Source: Alphaproteobacteria bacterium (GTDB lineage: Bacteria > Pseudomonadota > Alphaproteobacteria > SHVV01). From it: DNA of 64,000 bases. Below, piece by piece: positions 1 to 13,278 of the stretch. How positions within the stretch are numbered: position 1 is the stretch's first letter; every line of letters begins with the position of its first letter. The position numbers were made by a program, and so were the translations under genes. Under the pieces are notes generated by a model. It was given only the letters and a program-made list of their open reading frames with translations. It searched no databases and was not told where the DNA came from. The DNA lies in the NCBI GenBank assembly GCA_965261735.1, contig OZ253470.1, positions 1,824,001-1,888,000 of the forward strand. The letters run 5' to 3'.

Positions 1-479
1 CAGGCGGCGGCGACGTCGACGGCGTACTCGAGGAAGATCACCGGGTCGTTGTAGGTGAAGGCGACCGAGCGGCAGCCCAGCGCCTCGGCCGCGCGGCCGA
101 GCGTCTCGGGCGAGGCGGCATCGGCCAGCGTGTCGATCTCGCGCGACTTACTGATGTCCCAGTTCTGGCAGAACTTGCAGGTCAGGTTACAGCCGGCCGT
201 GCCGAACGAGAGCACGGGCGTGCCCGGCAGGAAATGGTTGAGCGGCTTCTTCTCGATGGGATCGACGCAGAAGCCGCTCGAGCGCCCGTAGCTGGTCAGC
301 ACCATGGCGCCCCCTTGGGCCGCGCGCACAAAGCACAAGCCGCGCTGGCCCTCGCGCACGCGGCAAAAGCGCGGGCACACATCGCACTGCACGCGGCCGT
401 CGGCGAGGGGGTGCCAATAGCGCCCCGGGACGACGCCGGGGGTGCTCGCCGCCGCCCCATCACTCGGCAGATCGACCAT
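1..479 (-). CDS. amrS: AmmeMemoRadiSam system radical SAM enzyme (5' part; runs off the window)
   Basis: Manual translation from the ATG at 479 (GGAGG RBS upstream): MVDLPSD...VQCDVCPRFC...VDPIEKKPLNHF...GCNLTCKFCQNWDIS...AFTYNDP. Has the CxxxCxxC motif and is divergent from amrB/amrA. Confidence 0.92.
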   Translation of the reverse strand, partial: MVDLPSDGAAASTPGVVPGRYWHPLADGRVQCDVCPRFCRVREGQRGLCFVRAAQGGAMVLTSYGRSSGFCVDPIEKKPLNHFLPGTPVLSFGTAGCNLTCKFCQNWDISKSREIDTLADAASPETLGRAAEALGCRSVAFTYNDPVIFLEYAVDVAAA

Positions 480-582
480 GGCTAACCTCCCTGGACGCCG
501 GGGATGACGGCGGCCGGCTACATTTATAGTATGCTGTCACCCGCCACGAAGTACTAGGCATAGTCGGTATAAACGAAGGCCC

Positions 583-1437
583 ATGAGCGAACTTGCCGGC
601 GCCAGCGTCCGTGATCCCGCCGTTGCCGGGAGCTTCTACCCGGCGGCCGCGGAGGCGCTCGCGTCGCAGGTCGACGAGATGCTCAGGGAGGCGATGGCGA
701 GCGGCCAGCGCGCCGGCGCCGATACGCCCAAGGCGATCATCGCGCCGCATGCCGGTTTCGTCTATTCGGGCCCGGTGGCGGCGTCGGCCTATGCGCGGCT
801 TGCGCGCGCGCGCCACCAGATCAAGCGCGTGGTCCTTCTCGGTCCCTCCCATCGCGTCGCGGTGCGCGGGCTCGCTCTGTCGGGCGCCGAGGGCTTTGCC
901 ACGCCGCTCGGCGTCGTGCCCATCGACCGCGATGCGGTCGCGCGCCTGGCGTCGCTGCCGCAGGTCCACCAGCTCGATGCCGCGCATGCCCAGGAGCACA
1001 GCCTCGAGGTCCATCTGCCATTCCTGCAAAAGGTGCTGGCCGCGTTCACGCTGGTGCCGATCGTCGTCGGTCAGGCCGAGCCTGACGAGGTCGCTGAGGT
1101 CCTGCGGCTGGTGTGGGGCGGGCCCGAAACGCTCATCGTCGTCAGTTCCGACCTCAGCCACTACCACGACTACGACACGGCCCGGCGGATGGACAGCGCC
1201 ACCGCCGCGGCCATCGCGACGCTCGATGTGGAGTCGATCTCCGACGAGGGTGCGTGCGGCCGCATGCCGATCCGCGGGCTCCTGGTGGAGGCGCGCCGGC
1301 GCGGCCTCCACGCGGCCCTGATCGATCTGCGCAACTCTGGCGATACGGCGGGCCCGCGTGACCGCGTCGTCGGCTACGCCTCCATTCTGTTCACCGCCGA
1401 TCCGGCGCAACGAATAGCAGAACCCGATCGCCGCTAG
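583..1437 (+). CDS. amrB: AmmeMemoRadiSam protein B (MEMO1 family)
   Basis: PAVAGSFYP, PHAGFVYSG, GPSH, EHSLEVHLPFLQ, SSDLSHY, ACG, VVGY motifs. Confidence 0.93.
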   Translation: MSELAGASVRDPAVAGSFYPAAAEALASQVDEMLREAMASGQRAGADTPKAIIAPHAGFVYSGPVAASAYARLARARHQIKRVVLLGPSHRVAVRGLALSGAEGFATPLGVVPIDRDAVARLASLPQVHQLDAAHAQEHSLEVHLPFLQKVLAAFTLVPIVVGQAEPDEVAEVLRLVWGGPETLIVVSSDLSHYHDYDTARRMDSATAAAIATLDVESISDEGACGRMPIRGLLVEARRRGLHAALIDLRNSGDTAGPRDRVVGYASILFTADPAQRIAEPDRR

Positions 1438-1440
1438 CTC

Positions 1441-1992
1441 ATGGACGTCGCCACCGGCGCGATCCGCGTCGGCCTGCGCAAGGGCAGCCGCGCCAACGTC
1501 GCACTCGAGACGTTCCCGGCCGCCCTGCAGGCAAAGGGTGCATGCTTCGTCACCCTCGACATCGCCGGCCGTCTGCGCGGCTGTATCGGCACTTTGCGGG
1601 CTGTGCGTCCGCTGGTCGCCGACGCCGCCTGGAACGCCTACGGCTCGGCTTTCGAGGACAAGAGGTTCGAGCCGCTGACCGAGGCCGAATACGAGAACCT
1701 GCGCATCGGTATCTCGGTGCTCGGCGACCCCATGCCCCTGCGCGTCGCCTCCGAAGACGATCTGGTCAGCCAGCTGCGGCCGGGCGTCGATGGCCTGATC
1801 CTCGAGGACGGCAAGCAGCGCGGCACCTTCCTGCCCCAGGTATGGCAGCAACTGGCGGAGCCGCGCGAGTTCGTGGCGCGGCTGAAGGCCAAGGCAGGGA
1901 TCGCTCCGGGCCAGTGGCCGGATGGTATCGGCGTGTGGCGCTACACCACCGAATCCTTCGGCGGCACGGTGGCGAAACCCGCGGCGCCGTGA
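1441..1992 (+). CDS. amrA: AmmeMemoRadiSam protein A (AMMECR1 family), in frame with amrB across one TAG
   Basis: CFVTL, LRGCIG, AFEDKRF, GTFLPQVW, LKAKAG. Confidence 0.92.
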   Translation: MDVATGAIRVGLRKGSRANVALETFPAALQAKGACFVTLDIAGRLRGCIGTLRAVRPLVADAAWNAYGSAFEDKRFEPLTEAEYENLRIGISVLGDPMPLRVASEDDLVSQLRPGVDGLILEDGKQRGTFLPQVWQQLAEPREFVARLKAKAGIAPGQWPDGIGVWRYTTESFGGTVAKPAAP

Positions 1993-2129
1993 CGCGCCGT
2001 GCGCGTTCGCCGCGCCCTCGAAGCCACCTTGACCCTCAGAGTGACTTGATTCAAAAGACAAAAATTGTTGACTTCGTGGGCCGAGATTTGCATGGTGGCG
2101 CGCGCTAAGGGTATTCTTGGGGGGTAGCC

Positions 2130-3563
2130 GTGCGTGAGCCGGCATATCTGCGCCGGGGCCGGGACGGCCTCGCGCATCAAGACGACGCCTTCGGTGGCCG
2201 CGCCTTGCGGCCTCGGCTCGCCGCCGCCGCCGGTGCGGTCATGGCGGTGATCCTTGCCGGAGGCCTCTTCCTCGCCGTTCAGCTTCCCGCTTTCGGTACC
2301 ACGGGAGCGCTCGATGGCCGCTGGTCGCGTACCGTCGCCGCGACGACGGGCAGCGACGAAATGGCGGCGTTGCGCGCCCTCGAGCCGGCCTTCGCGCCCG
2401 CCGCCTCGGAGCCCCTATGGATGCGGGCGGACGAGGCTTTGGTGGCGCCCGCGCCGCGCACCGAGGTTCGCGGCGTGGCCATCGCCAAGCGCGGCACGTT
2501 GCTCGGGGCGCTGACCAAGGGCGGCGCGGGTTCGCGCGACGCGCACCTCGCCATCGCCGCGCTCAAGCCGTTGTTCGATCCGCGCAAGCTGCGCCCCGGC
2601 CACAAGGTGAGTCTCACCTTCCCGGTCGCCACGGGCGCCGACGAACGTCGGCTCCTCGCCGTCGCCATCGCCCTCGAGGTCGACCGAGACATCATCGCGG
2701 AGCGCGGCGAGGACGGCGCGTTCGCGGCCCGCGAGGTGCGCAAGGATCTCGTCCGCCAGCCGGTTCGCGCCGTCGGCGCCATCGAGGACAGCCTGTTCGT
2801 GGCTGCGGCCGATGCCGGCATCCCGCTACCGGTGATCATGGAGCTCATCCGCATCTATAGCTGGGACGTCGATTTCCAGCGCGACATCCATCCCGGCGAC
2901 GGCTTCGAGGTGCTGTTCGAGCGCTTCGCCGACGAGCACGGCCGGGCGCTGAAGAACGGGGCGGTGACCGTGGCCGCGCTCAGCGTGCGCGACACCACGC
3001 TACGGCTGTTTCGCCACGAGACCGCGGATGGCCGCATCGACTATTACGATGAGAAGGGCCGTTCGGTACGCAAGGCGCTGCTGCGCACGCCGGTCGACGG
3101 CGCCCGGCTGACCTCGCGCTACGGCAAGCGCCGCCACCCGATCCTGGGCTACACCAAGGTTCACCGCGGCGTCGATTTCGCGGCTCCGCGCGGCACGCCG
3201 ATCATGGCCGCGGGCGACGGGGTCATCGAGAGCATGGGGCGCAACGGCGCCTACGGGCATTACGTGCGCCTGCGCCACAACAGCCGCTACAAGACGGCCT
3301 ACGGGCACCTCCACCGCTACGCCAAGGGCTTGCGCCGGGGCAAGCGGGTGCGCCAGGGCCAGATCATCGGCTTTGTCGGATCGACGGGCCGCTCCACGGG
3401 GCCGCACCTGCACTACGAAGTGCTTGTTGCGGGCCGCCAAACCAATCCGATGAGCCTCAAGCTGCCGAGCGGAAAGAAGCTCGCCGGTGCCGAACTCGCG
3501 CGCTTCGACGAGACGCGGGCGCGGCTGCTCGGTGAGCTCGCCGCCGCGCCGGGGATGCGGTAG
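2130..3563 (+). CDS. M23 family peptidoglycan DD-metalloendopeptidase (MepM/Csd3-like)
   Basis: N-terminal TM segment, WDVDFQRDI, HRGVDFAA and STGPHLHYEV zinc motifs. Confidence 0.92.
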   Translation: MREPAYLRRGRDGLAHQDDAFGGRALRPRLAAAAGAVMAVILAGGLFLAVQLPAFGTTGALDGRWSRTVAATTGSDEMAALRALEPAFAPAASEPLWMRADEALVAPAPRTEVRGVAIAKRGTLLGALTKGGAGSRDAHLAIAALKPLFDPRKLRPGHKVSLTFPVATGADERRLLAVAIALEVDRDIIAERGEDGAFAAREVRKDLVRQPVRAVGAIEDSLFVAAADAGIPLPVIMELIRIYSWDVDFQRDIHPGDGFEVLFERFADEHGRALKNGAVTVAALSVRDTTLRLFRHETADGRIDYYDEKGRSVRKALLRTPVDGARLTSRYGKRRHPILGYTKVHRGVDFAAPRGTPIMAAGDGVIESMGRNGAYGHYVRLRHNSRYKTAYGHLHRYAKGLRRGKRVRQGQIIGFVGSTGRSTGPHLHYEVLVAGRQTNPMSLKLPSGKKLAGAELARFDETRARLLGELAAAPGMR

Positions 3564-5323
3564 AACGTCATTGGCTCCGGTATGCCTTGAAGGGTGGCGG
3601 AGTCCTGCTGCAGATCGGTGTCGGCGAGTGCCTCCGCCGTCGCGGGGTCGGCCATGATGTCGTCCGACAGCACGATGTCGCCGCCACGACTCTCCTCCTG
3701 AAGCCGCGCCGCGATGTTCACAGTGGTGCCGAAATAGTCGAGCACGCCGGCCGTGTTGACGGCGATGCACTCGCCGCGGTGCATGCCGAACTTTACGACC
3801 AGTGCCGCCGGGCCGTGCTCCGCGTTGAAGGTGGCGACGTCGCGCTGGACCGACAGCGCCGTGGCGAGTGCGTCGGCCGGCTCGGCGAATGCCGCCATGA
3901 CCGCATCGCCCATGGTCTTGACCAGGACGCCGCGATGGCCGCGGATGCGCTCGGCCATGAAGGCGAAGTGATCGCGCACCAGGCCGTACGCGGTGCCGTC
4001 GCCGATCTCGGCATAGAGCGCGGTCGATCCCTTGAGGTCCGAGAACAGGATCGAGACCTGGCCGATGGTGACGTCGTCGCCCGGGCGCAGCACCTGCTCC
4101 GGGCACAGCTCACGAAAGGCCGGCATGGCGATCACCTGTGGTCCCGTCAGGGCATCCGCCGTCCACTCGCGCTCCTCGACGACGAGATGGAGCGGGCGCG
4201 CGCTCTCGTTGCGCAGGACGATATGGCCGGGCGCGGCCGCCGCTCCCGCATCGACGCTCTCGCTCCGCGCGACGATTTCGGGAAAGCGGACGCCGTCGCA
4301 CTCGACGTCGGACTGCCCGCCCGCCTCGACGGTGCGCAGGCGATAGCCGCCCGCGGGCAGCGCGAGCTCCTCCGATAGCATGCCACCGGGCTCGACCAGG
4401 CGCTGTACCTTGACGTGGGGCGCCATCATGCAGAACTCGCCCTCGGGCAGCTCACGCAGCCAGCCGGCGGGCGTGAACAGCAGCTCGACGTTGGCCGCGA
4501 AGTCGCGCTCGTAGTCGATGTTACAGGACTCGCAGTGCACGCCTTTGGGGAGTTCGTAGAGGTTGGTCACCTCCGCCTTGGCGCCGCGGCAGCGCGGGCA
4601 CAGGATGCCCCAGTGCAGGGTGAGCAGCCCGGCGCTCTTGGCGGCGAGGCAGAGATCGACGACGGCGGCCGCCGGGACGCCCCATTCACGGGCCAGCGCG
4701 AGCGGCCGCATGCGCTTGAGATCGACGGCCGAGGCCGTCATCAGGAATTCGCCGAGCCGATGCGCGAGCCCGCCTTCATCGGCGATCTCGGCGATGCAGG
4801 TCTCGAGCCGGGCGCGCTGCGCATCGTCGAGCGTGGGCACCGTCTTGGACACGGGCGCGGCGGCCACATCATCGAGCGCGGCGATCATCGCCTCGGCCGT
4901 CTCCACGATCTCGTTGGCGACACGCTCCAGACCGCCGAGCCGCACAATAAGGCCGCCGAGCAGTGAATCCCAACTCACCTCGTAGTGGTATTGGACGCGC
5001 GTGCCGCCATTGTCCGCCACGAGCCTCATCTCGCCGCTCAGCGAGCGCAGCGGCCCTGTCGTGTAGTGGCGCACCTGGCGCCAGTAGCGGTTCTCGACCC
5101 ACTCGCCGAAGCCCTCCTCCCACTCGACGCGGAGAGGCCCGAGGCGGCCGCGCGCGTGCCGCCGCACGGAGCCGTCTGGGGCAGGCTCGGCCTCGACCGT
5201 AAAAGCCTCGATCCCCTGGACGACCTCGTTGCGGCGGTTGGTATCGGACAGGATCGGCCAAACCTCGGCCGGCGCGCGCGCGAAGCGCGTCTCGCCATGA
5301 AACACCGTGCGGGATTTGACCAT
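3413..5323 (-). CDS. Class III adenylate cyclase with SRPBCC-like N-terminus and Cys-rich (DUF5939-like) middle domain
   Basis: ILFSDLKGST, VKTMGDAVM, DYFGTTVNIAAR; CPRC...CESC in the middle domain. Confidence 0.88.
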   Translation of the reverse strand: MVKSRTVFHGETRFARAPAEVWPILSDTNRRNEVVQGIEAFTVEAEPAPDGSVRRHARGRLGPLRVEWEEGFGEWVENRYWRQVRHYTTGPLRSLSGEMRLVADNGGTRVQYHYEVSWDSLLGGLIVRLGGLERVANEIVETAEAMIAALDDVAAAPVSKTVPTLDDAQRARLETCIAEIADEGGLAHRLGEFLMTASAVDLKRMRPLALAREWGVPAAAVVDLCLAAKSAGLLTLHWGILCPRCRGAKAEVTNLYELPKGVHCESCNIDYERDFAANVELLFTPAGWLRELPEGEFCMMAPHVKVQRLVEPGGMLSEELALPAGGYRLRTVEAGGQSDVECDGVRFPEIVARSESVDAGAAAAPGHIVLRNESARPLHLVVEEREWTADALTGPQVIAMPAFRELCPEQVLRPGDDVTIGQVSILFSDLKGSTALYAEIGDGTAYGLVRDHFAFMAERIRGHRGVLVKTMGDAVMAAFAEPADALATALSVQRDVATFNAEHGPAALVVKFGMHRGECIAVNTAGVLDYFGTTVNIAARLQEESRGGDIVLSDDIMADPATAEALADTDLQQDSATLQGIPEPMTFYRIPGAAASSPSSRARVSSKRASSAPASFFPLGSLRLIGLVWRPATSTS

Positions 5324-5375
5324 AGCGGCGTGCGCATGCCTTCAAGCGAGATCAGGACGGCCGGCGCAACGCCCT

Positions 5376-7967
<2,592 letters not shown>

Positions 7968-8120
7968 GCGCGAGCTCCTCGATCTGGCAGCTGCGTGCGG
8001 CCGCCCCGGCCATGCCGCGAATGGCGCGCATTCTTTTCACTCGGTCCTGCGGTCTCTAGGCGAACCCCGCGGGTGCCGGCGCGTGGCCGGTCCTAGGCTA
8101 ACCGGAGCCGGTCAATCCAC

Positions 8121-8148
8121 ATATAGTGTCGGAGGGGTGTGCCGCAAG
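8121..8148 (-). promoter_or_regulatory. RpoH (sigma32)-type promoter for clpB
   Basis: Minus strand CTTG-N17-ACTATAT, close to the alphaproteobacterial CTTG-N17/18-CYTATNT consensus, upstream of a heat-shock gene. Confidence 0.6.
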
Positions 8149-8180
8149 GGAGCCGGGCGTTGCCTCGATCCCCCTCGGGC

Positions 8181-8573
8181 TCAACTCAGGGTTGGTTCCG
8201 AACCTTCCTGGTCGGGATCGGGCGTATCGGTTTCGATCGGCGCCTCGATCTCGACCGGCGCCGGCGGGTCGAAGAGCGCCACCTGCGGTTCCGGTGCGGG
8301 CTGCGGCGGCGCCGTGCGCGGCTGCCCGTCGGCGCCGTTCATGAGCCGGAAATAGTGCTCGGCGTGCTGAAAGTAGCCCTCGGCGGCGATGCGATCGCCC
8401 GCGACCGCGGCCTCGCGCGCCAGGGTCAGGTATTTCTCGCAGATCTGGTGCGGGGTGCCGCGCACCTTCACGTCCGGGCCGTTGCTCTCGAAACTGCGAT
8501 TGCCGCCGTTGGAGAAGGCCCGCTTGCCACCATTTCGGCCGACTCGCGATCGGCGCGAATTCATAGGCTTCAT
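8181..8573 (-). CDS. DUF4167 family protein
   Basis: FESNGPDVKVRG, EKYLTLAREA, YFQHAEHYFR; usual position between prmC and clpB; start chosen at MKPMNS. Confidence 0.88.
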   Translation of the reverse strand: MKPMNSRRSRVGRNGGKRAFSNGGNRSFESNGPDVKVRGTPHQICEKYLTLAREAAVAGDRIAAEGYFQHAEHYFRLMNGADGQPRTAPPQPAPEPQVALFDPPAPVEIEAPIETDTPDPDQEGSEPTLS

Positions 8574-8735
8574 ACGCTTAATGCCTCGCTTCGCTTGCTG
8601 TATCCGCGCCCCCGTCACATCCCACGAATGGGGTGGCTCGCTCCAAGCAAAAGACGGATCACTGCGCGGTAATGTCAGGAGACGTGAGAACCACACAACG
8701 TGTGCACGCACTCTCCAACACCAAACGTAATGTCC

Positions 8736-9656
8736 TTACGCCCTCTTTCCAACCATTTTTTGTGCCGACGGCGAGATTTCCGGGGCACCAGCAATTATGC
8801 AACGCTCGCGCCCGGCCAGGTCACGGTACGTGCCGAGCGCGACCAGGCCGGCGGCGGTGAGGATCGCGCGTACCGGCGCGGCCTGGTGCGGCGCGACCTC
8901 GACGACGGCGTGGCCGGAGCCCGCGAGCAGGCGCGCAAGTTGCGGCGCGAGCGCACGGTAGGCGGCGAGCCCGTCCCTGCCGCCGGCGAGCGACAGGGTC
9001 GGCTCGAAGCGAACCTCAGGGGCCAGGGCGCGCACCTCCGCCTCGCTGAGGTAGGGCGGATTGGTGACGATCACGTCGAATCGCGCGGCCAGCGGCGCAC
9101 CCCAGTCGGCGACCACGAACCGGGCGCGGGGCGCCACGCCGAGCGCGCGTGCGTTGGCTGCGGCCGTTTGGGCGGCCTCGGCGCTGAGGTCGATGCCAAC
9201 ACCCAAAGCATTGGGGAGCTCGTGCAGGAGCGATAACAGTAGGCAGCCGGTGCCGACGCCGAGATCGGCGATCGCGAGAGCCGCCGAGCGATCCTCGATG
9301 CGGGCGAGCGCGGCCTCGACCAGGGTCTCGCTGTCGGGCCGCGGATCGAACGTCGCCGGGGTCACGGCGAACGTGTGGTCCCAGAACGCTCGCCGCCCAA
9401 GGATGCGCGAGACCGGCTCGCGGCGGCCGCGTCGCTCGACAAGCTCGCGAAAGGCGAGCGCGGCCGCGCCGCCCAGGGCGCGCTCGGGATGAGCCACCAG
9501 CGCCCCTCGCGGCACGCCGAGCGCGGCACCCAACAGCAGGCCGGCATCGAGCCCCGGCTGCGCCACGCCGGCCGCGCGCAAACCATTGCGTGCGTGCGCC
9601 AGCGCCGTGGCGACGGTCGCCGCCGGCGCTTGAGGTCGTGGCGCCACGCCCCTCAT
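8736..9656 (-). CDS. prmC: Release factor glutamine methyltransferase
   Basis: [21 protein letters not shown]; follows prfA. Confidence 0.95.
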   Translation of the reverse strand: MRGVAPRPQAPAATVATALAHARNGLRAAGVAQPGLDAGLLLGAALGVPRGALVAHPERALGGAAALAFRELVERRGRREPVSRILGRRAFWDHTFAVTPATFDPRPDSETLVEAALARIEDRSAALAIADLGVGTGCLLLSLLHELPNALGVGIDLSAEAAQTAAANARALGVAPRARFVVADWGAPLAARFDVIVTNPPYLSEAEVRALAPEVRFEPTLSLAGGRDGLAAYRALAPQLARLLAGSGHAVVEVAPHQAAPVRAILTAAGLVALGTYRDLAGRERCIIAGAPEISPSAQKMVGKRA

Positions 9657-10738
9657 CGTTCGTCGCCAATCTCGGCCAGTCGGCGCGCCTGGTCGTCGGC
9701 GATCAAGGGCTCGATAATCTCGTCCAACGCCTCGCCCTCCATCATGCCGTCGAGCTTGTGGAGGGTGAGGTTGATGCGGTGGTCGGTCACCCTGTTTTGC
9801 GGGAAGTTGTAGGTGCGCACGCGCTCCGAGCGGTCGCCGGTGCCGACCTGCCCCTTGCGCTTGGCGGCGCGCTCGGCGTCGCGGGCAGCGCGCTCGCGGT
9901 CGTAGAGGCGGGCGCGCAGCACCTTCATCGCCTTGGCACGGTTCTTGTGTTGCGACTTTTCATCCTGCTGCTGCACGACGATGCCGCTAGGCAGGTGCGT
10001 GATGCGCACGGCGCTGTCGGTGGTGTTGACCGACTGGCCGCCCGGTCCGCTGGAGCGGAACACGTCGATTCGCAGGTCCTTGTCGGCGATGTCGATGTCG
10101 ACGTCTTCGGCCTCCGGAAGCACGGCGACGGTCGAGGCCGAGGTGTGAATGCGCCCGCTCGCCTCGGTCTCGGGCACGCGCTGTACGCGGTGAACGCCTG
10201 ATTCAAACTTGAGCCGCGCGAACACGCCGCGCCCGGTGATCTCGGCGATCGCCTCCTTGTAGCCGCCGCGCCCCGTCTCGGCCAAGTTCATGATGTCGAA
10301 GCGCCACCCATTGTGCTCCGCGTAGCGCTGGTACATGCGAAATAGATCGGCCGCGAACAGCGCCGCCTCCTCGCCGCCGGTCCCGGGGCGCACCTCGAGG
10401 ATCGCGTTGCCGGCGTCGGCCTCGTCCTTGGGCAGAAGCAGCACTTCGAGGTCGCGCCCGAGCTCCGGCAGGCGGTGCGCGACGGCCTCGCGCTCGGCTC
10501 GCGCCAACTCGCGCATCTCGGCATCGGACGACGGATCGGTAGCGAGGGCCTCGAGCTCGGCGAGCTCTTTCTGGGCGCTTTGCAGCTCGTTGATATGGGC
10601 GACAAGCCCGGAGAGCTCCGCATGCTCCTTGGACAGCCGCACGAAGGCCTCGCGGTCGAGGTCCTGCGCGCCCGCGAGTGCCGCCTCGATCTCGTGGTGG
10701 CGGGCGATCAACTTGTCGAGCTTGTCCGCGGCGATCAT
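9653..10738 (-). CDS. prfA: Peptide chain release factor 1
   Basis: VQRVPET (PxT), [15 protein letters not shown]; start chosen at MIAADKL. Confidence 0.97.
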   Translation of the reverse strand: MIAADKLDKLIARHHEIEAALAGAQDLDREAFVRLSKEHAELSGLVAHINELQSAQKELAELEALATDPSSDAEMRELARAEREAVAHRLPELGRDLEVLLLPKDEADAGNAILEVRPGTGGEEAALFAADLFRMYQRYAEHNGWRFDIMNLAETGRGGYKEAIAEITGRGVFARLKFESGVHRVQRVPETEASGRIHTSASTVAVLPEAEDVDIDIADKDLRIDVFRSSGPGGQSVNTTDSAVRITHLPSGIVVQQQDEKSQHKNRAKAMKVLRARLYDRERAARDAERAAKRKGQVGTGDRSERVRTYNFPQNRVTDHRINLTLHKLDGMMEGEALDEIIEPLIADDQARRLAEIGDER

Positions 10739-10778
10739 GGGTGGGGCCGAGCCAACGGCGGCAAAGAATAGGGCGACA

Positions 10779-12023
10779 TCAGCGGTAGGGGGCGAGGCGA
10801 TTGGCGACATCGGCGAGCGGCACCGACGATTGCGCGCCGGTGTCGAGGTCGCGCAGCGTGGCCGCTCCTTGCGCCAGCTCGTCCTCGCCGAGGAGCAAGG
10901 CGCACCGCGCGCCCAGCTTGTCCGCCCGGCGCAACCGGCGCTGTAGATTGCCGCGATAGCCGAGCTCGACGACGAAGCCCGCGCGACGGAGCTCGAGCGT
11001 GAGCGCCAAGGCCCGAGCTTGGGCCGCCTCGCCCACCGGGATCACCGCAACGGGGCGTCGCTTGGCAGGCGCGTCGCCGAGGAGCATCACGAGGCGGTCG
11101 ATGCCACCGGCCCAACCGGTGCCGGGCGTCGGCGGCCCGCCCATGGCCTCGATGAGCCCGTCGTAGCGGCCGCCGGCGATGACGGCGCCCTGAGCGCCGA
11201 GCGCGGTGGTGGTGAACTCGAACGCCGTGTGCGTGTAGTAGTCGAGGCCGCGCACGAGCCGCCCGTTGACCGTGTAGTCGACGCCGAGCGCATCGAGGCC
11301 GGCGCGCACGGCGGCGAAATAGTCGGCGGCCTCGGGCGTCAGGTGGTCGGCGATCGGCGGTGCTCCGTCGACGATGCGGCGATCACCGGTGTCCTTGGAG
11401 TCGAGGATGCGCAGCGGGTTGCGCTCGAGGCGGGCGAGGCTGTCGGGTGACAAGGAGTCGCGGTGGGCGCTGAAATAGTCGGCGAGCACGGCCCGGTGGG
11501 CGCCGCGGCTCGCCGCATCGCCGAGGGTATTGAGCTCCAGCGTGCAGGCGTCGTCGACGCCGAGGGCTTCGAGCAGGTGGGCGCCGAGCGCGATGATCTC
11601 GATGTCGGCCTGCGGCTCGGCGACGCCGAGCACCTCGACGTCGATTTGGTGGAACTGGCGCAGACGCCCCTTCTGCGGCCTCTCATAGCGGAACATGGGG
11701 CCGCTGGCGAAGAATTTGAGCGGCAGGTCCTGGCCCATGCCGCCCGAAATGAAGGCGCGCGCGATACCGGCCGTGAACTCGGGTCTGAGCGTGATCTCGT
11801 CACCGCCGCGGTCGTTGAACGTGTACATCTCCTTTTGAACGATGTCGGAGGAGTCGCCGAGCGTGCGCCTGAAGACGTCCGAGAACTCGAAGACGGGCGT
11901 CGCGATCTCGCCAAAGCCGTAGCGCTCGGCGAGCTCGCGCGCCGTCTCCACGACGAGGCGGTGGCGCGAGCCGTCTTCGGGCAGAATGTCGTGCGTGCCG
12001 CGTACCGGCTGTAACGCGGGCAA
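10779..12023 (-). CDS. hisS: Histidine--tRNA ligase
   Basis: [30 protein letters not shown]. Confidence 0.98.
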   Translation of the reverse strand: MPALQPVRGTHDILPEDGSRHRLVVETARELAERYGFGEIATPVFEFSDVFRRTLGDSSDIVQKEMYTFNDRGGDEITLRPEFTAGIARAFISGGMGQDLPLKFFASGPMFRYERPQKGRLRQFHQIDVEVLGVAEPQADIEIIALGAHLLEALGVDDACTLELNTLGDAASRGAHRAVLADYFSAHRDSLSPDSLARLERNPLRILDSKDTGDRRIVDGAPPIADHLTPEAADYFAAVRAGLDALGVDYTVNGRLVRGLDYYTHTAFEFTTTALGAQGAVIAGGRYDGLIEAMGGPPTPGTGWAGGIDRLVMLLGDAPAKRRPVAVIPVGEAAQARALALTLELRRAGFVVELGYRGNLQRRLRRADKLGARCALLLGEDELAQGAATLRDLDTGAQSSVPLADVANRLAPYR

Positions 12024-12039
12024 GAGGCTCTCCCTCGGG

Positions 12040-13173
12040 CTAGGAGGCGGGGGCGGCCGGCAACGGCGCAGGCTTCGTCTTGCCCTCGATCTCGGCGGCC
12101 TTGCGCTCCACCAGCTCGACCACGTGGTCGATCAGGCCCTTATCGTAGACCTTGTGATCCGCGACCCCGCTCAGGTAGATGAGGTGGTTGCCGTGGCCCC
12201 CGCCGGTGAGCCCGATGTCGGTCTGCATCGCCTCCCCCGGACCGTTGACGACGCAGCCGATCACCGACAGCGTCACCGGCGTCGTCACGTGGGCGAGCCG
12301 GCGCTCGAGGATCTCGACCGTCTCGATGACGGGAAACGCCTGCCGCGCGCAGGACGGACACGCGATCACGCTGACGCCGCGCCGGCGCAGGCCGAGCGCG
12401 CGCAACAGATCGTGGCCGACACGCACCTCCTCGACGGGGTCCGCGGACAATGACACGCGGATGGTATCGCCGATCCCCTCCATGAGCAGGACACCCATGC
12501 CGAGAGAGGACTTGACCGTGCCGCTGCGCAGGCCGCCGGCCTCGGTGACGCCGACGTGAAGCGGGTAGTCGCACACCGCGGCGAGCTGGCGATACGCGGC
12601 GACGGCGAGGAACACGTCGGATGCCTTGACGCTGATCTTGAAGTCGAGGAAGTCGTTGTCTTCCAGGAGTCGCGCGTGGCGCAGCGCGCTTTCGACCATG
12701 GCCTCCGGGCAGGGCTCGCCATGCGCCTCGAGAATGTCGCGCTCGAGCGAGCCGGCATTGACTCCGATGCGCATGCTCAGCCCGTGCGCCCGCGCGGCCG
12801 CAATCACCTCGCGCACCCGCTCGACCGCGCCGATGTTACCAGGATTGATGCGCAAGCAGGCCGCGCCCGCCTCGGCCGCTTCGATGGCGCGCCGGTAGTG
12901 GAAGTGGATGTCGGCGACGATCGGCACCGCGACCTCGGCAACGATGTCCGCGAGCGCGCGCGTCGACTCGCGGTCGGGACAGGAGATGCGCACGATATCG
13001 GCGCCCGCCGCTTCCATTTCGCGCACCTGGGCCACGGTCGCGGCGACGTCCGTGGTCAGCGTGTTGGTCATCGATTGCACGGTTATCGGCGCGCCGCCGC
13101 CGACGGCGACGGTACCGACATTAATGCGCCGCGAACGGCGCCGAACGACGTCGCGATAGGGTCTAAGGCTCAT
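12040..13173 (-). CDS. ispG: HMBPP synthase (MEP pathway)
   Basis: [35 protein letters not shown]; start chosen at MSLRPYR. Confidence 0.97.
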   Translation of the reverse strand: MSLRPYRDVVRRRSRRINVGTVAVGGGAPITVQSMTNTLTTDVAATVAQVREMEAAGADIVRISCPDRESTRALADIVAEVAVPIVADIHFHYRRAIEAAEAGAACLRINPGNIGAVERVREVIAAARAHGLSMRIGVNAGSLERDILEAHGEPCPEAMVESALRHARLLEDNDFLDFKISVKASDVFLAVAAYRQLAAVCDYPLHVGVTEAGGLRSGTVKSSLGMGVLLMEGIGDTIRVSLSADPVEEVRVGHDLLRALGLRRRGVSVIACPSCARQAFPVIETVEILERRLAHVTTPVTLSVIGCVVNGPGEAMQTDIGLTGGGHGNHLIYLSGVADHKVYDKGLIDHVVELVERKAAEIEGKTKPAPLPAAPAS

Positions 13174-13278
13174 GGCACGGCTCGCTCCGGGACCTGGCCC
13201 ACGCAGGCGCCGCTCCCGTCGCGCGTAACATGGCGCCCTCACGCGGCGAGATCAAGCGGCGCGCACGGCCACCGGGTT

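Noticed and set aside
1435-1437. Pyrrolysine or genome-wide amber recoding
   Set aside because: prfA is intact, many genes end in TAG, and there are no pyl genes in the window.
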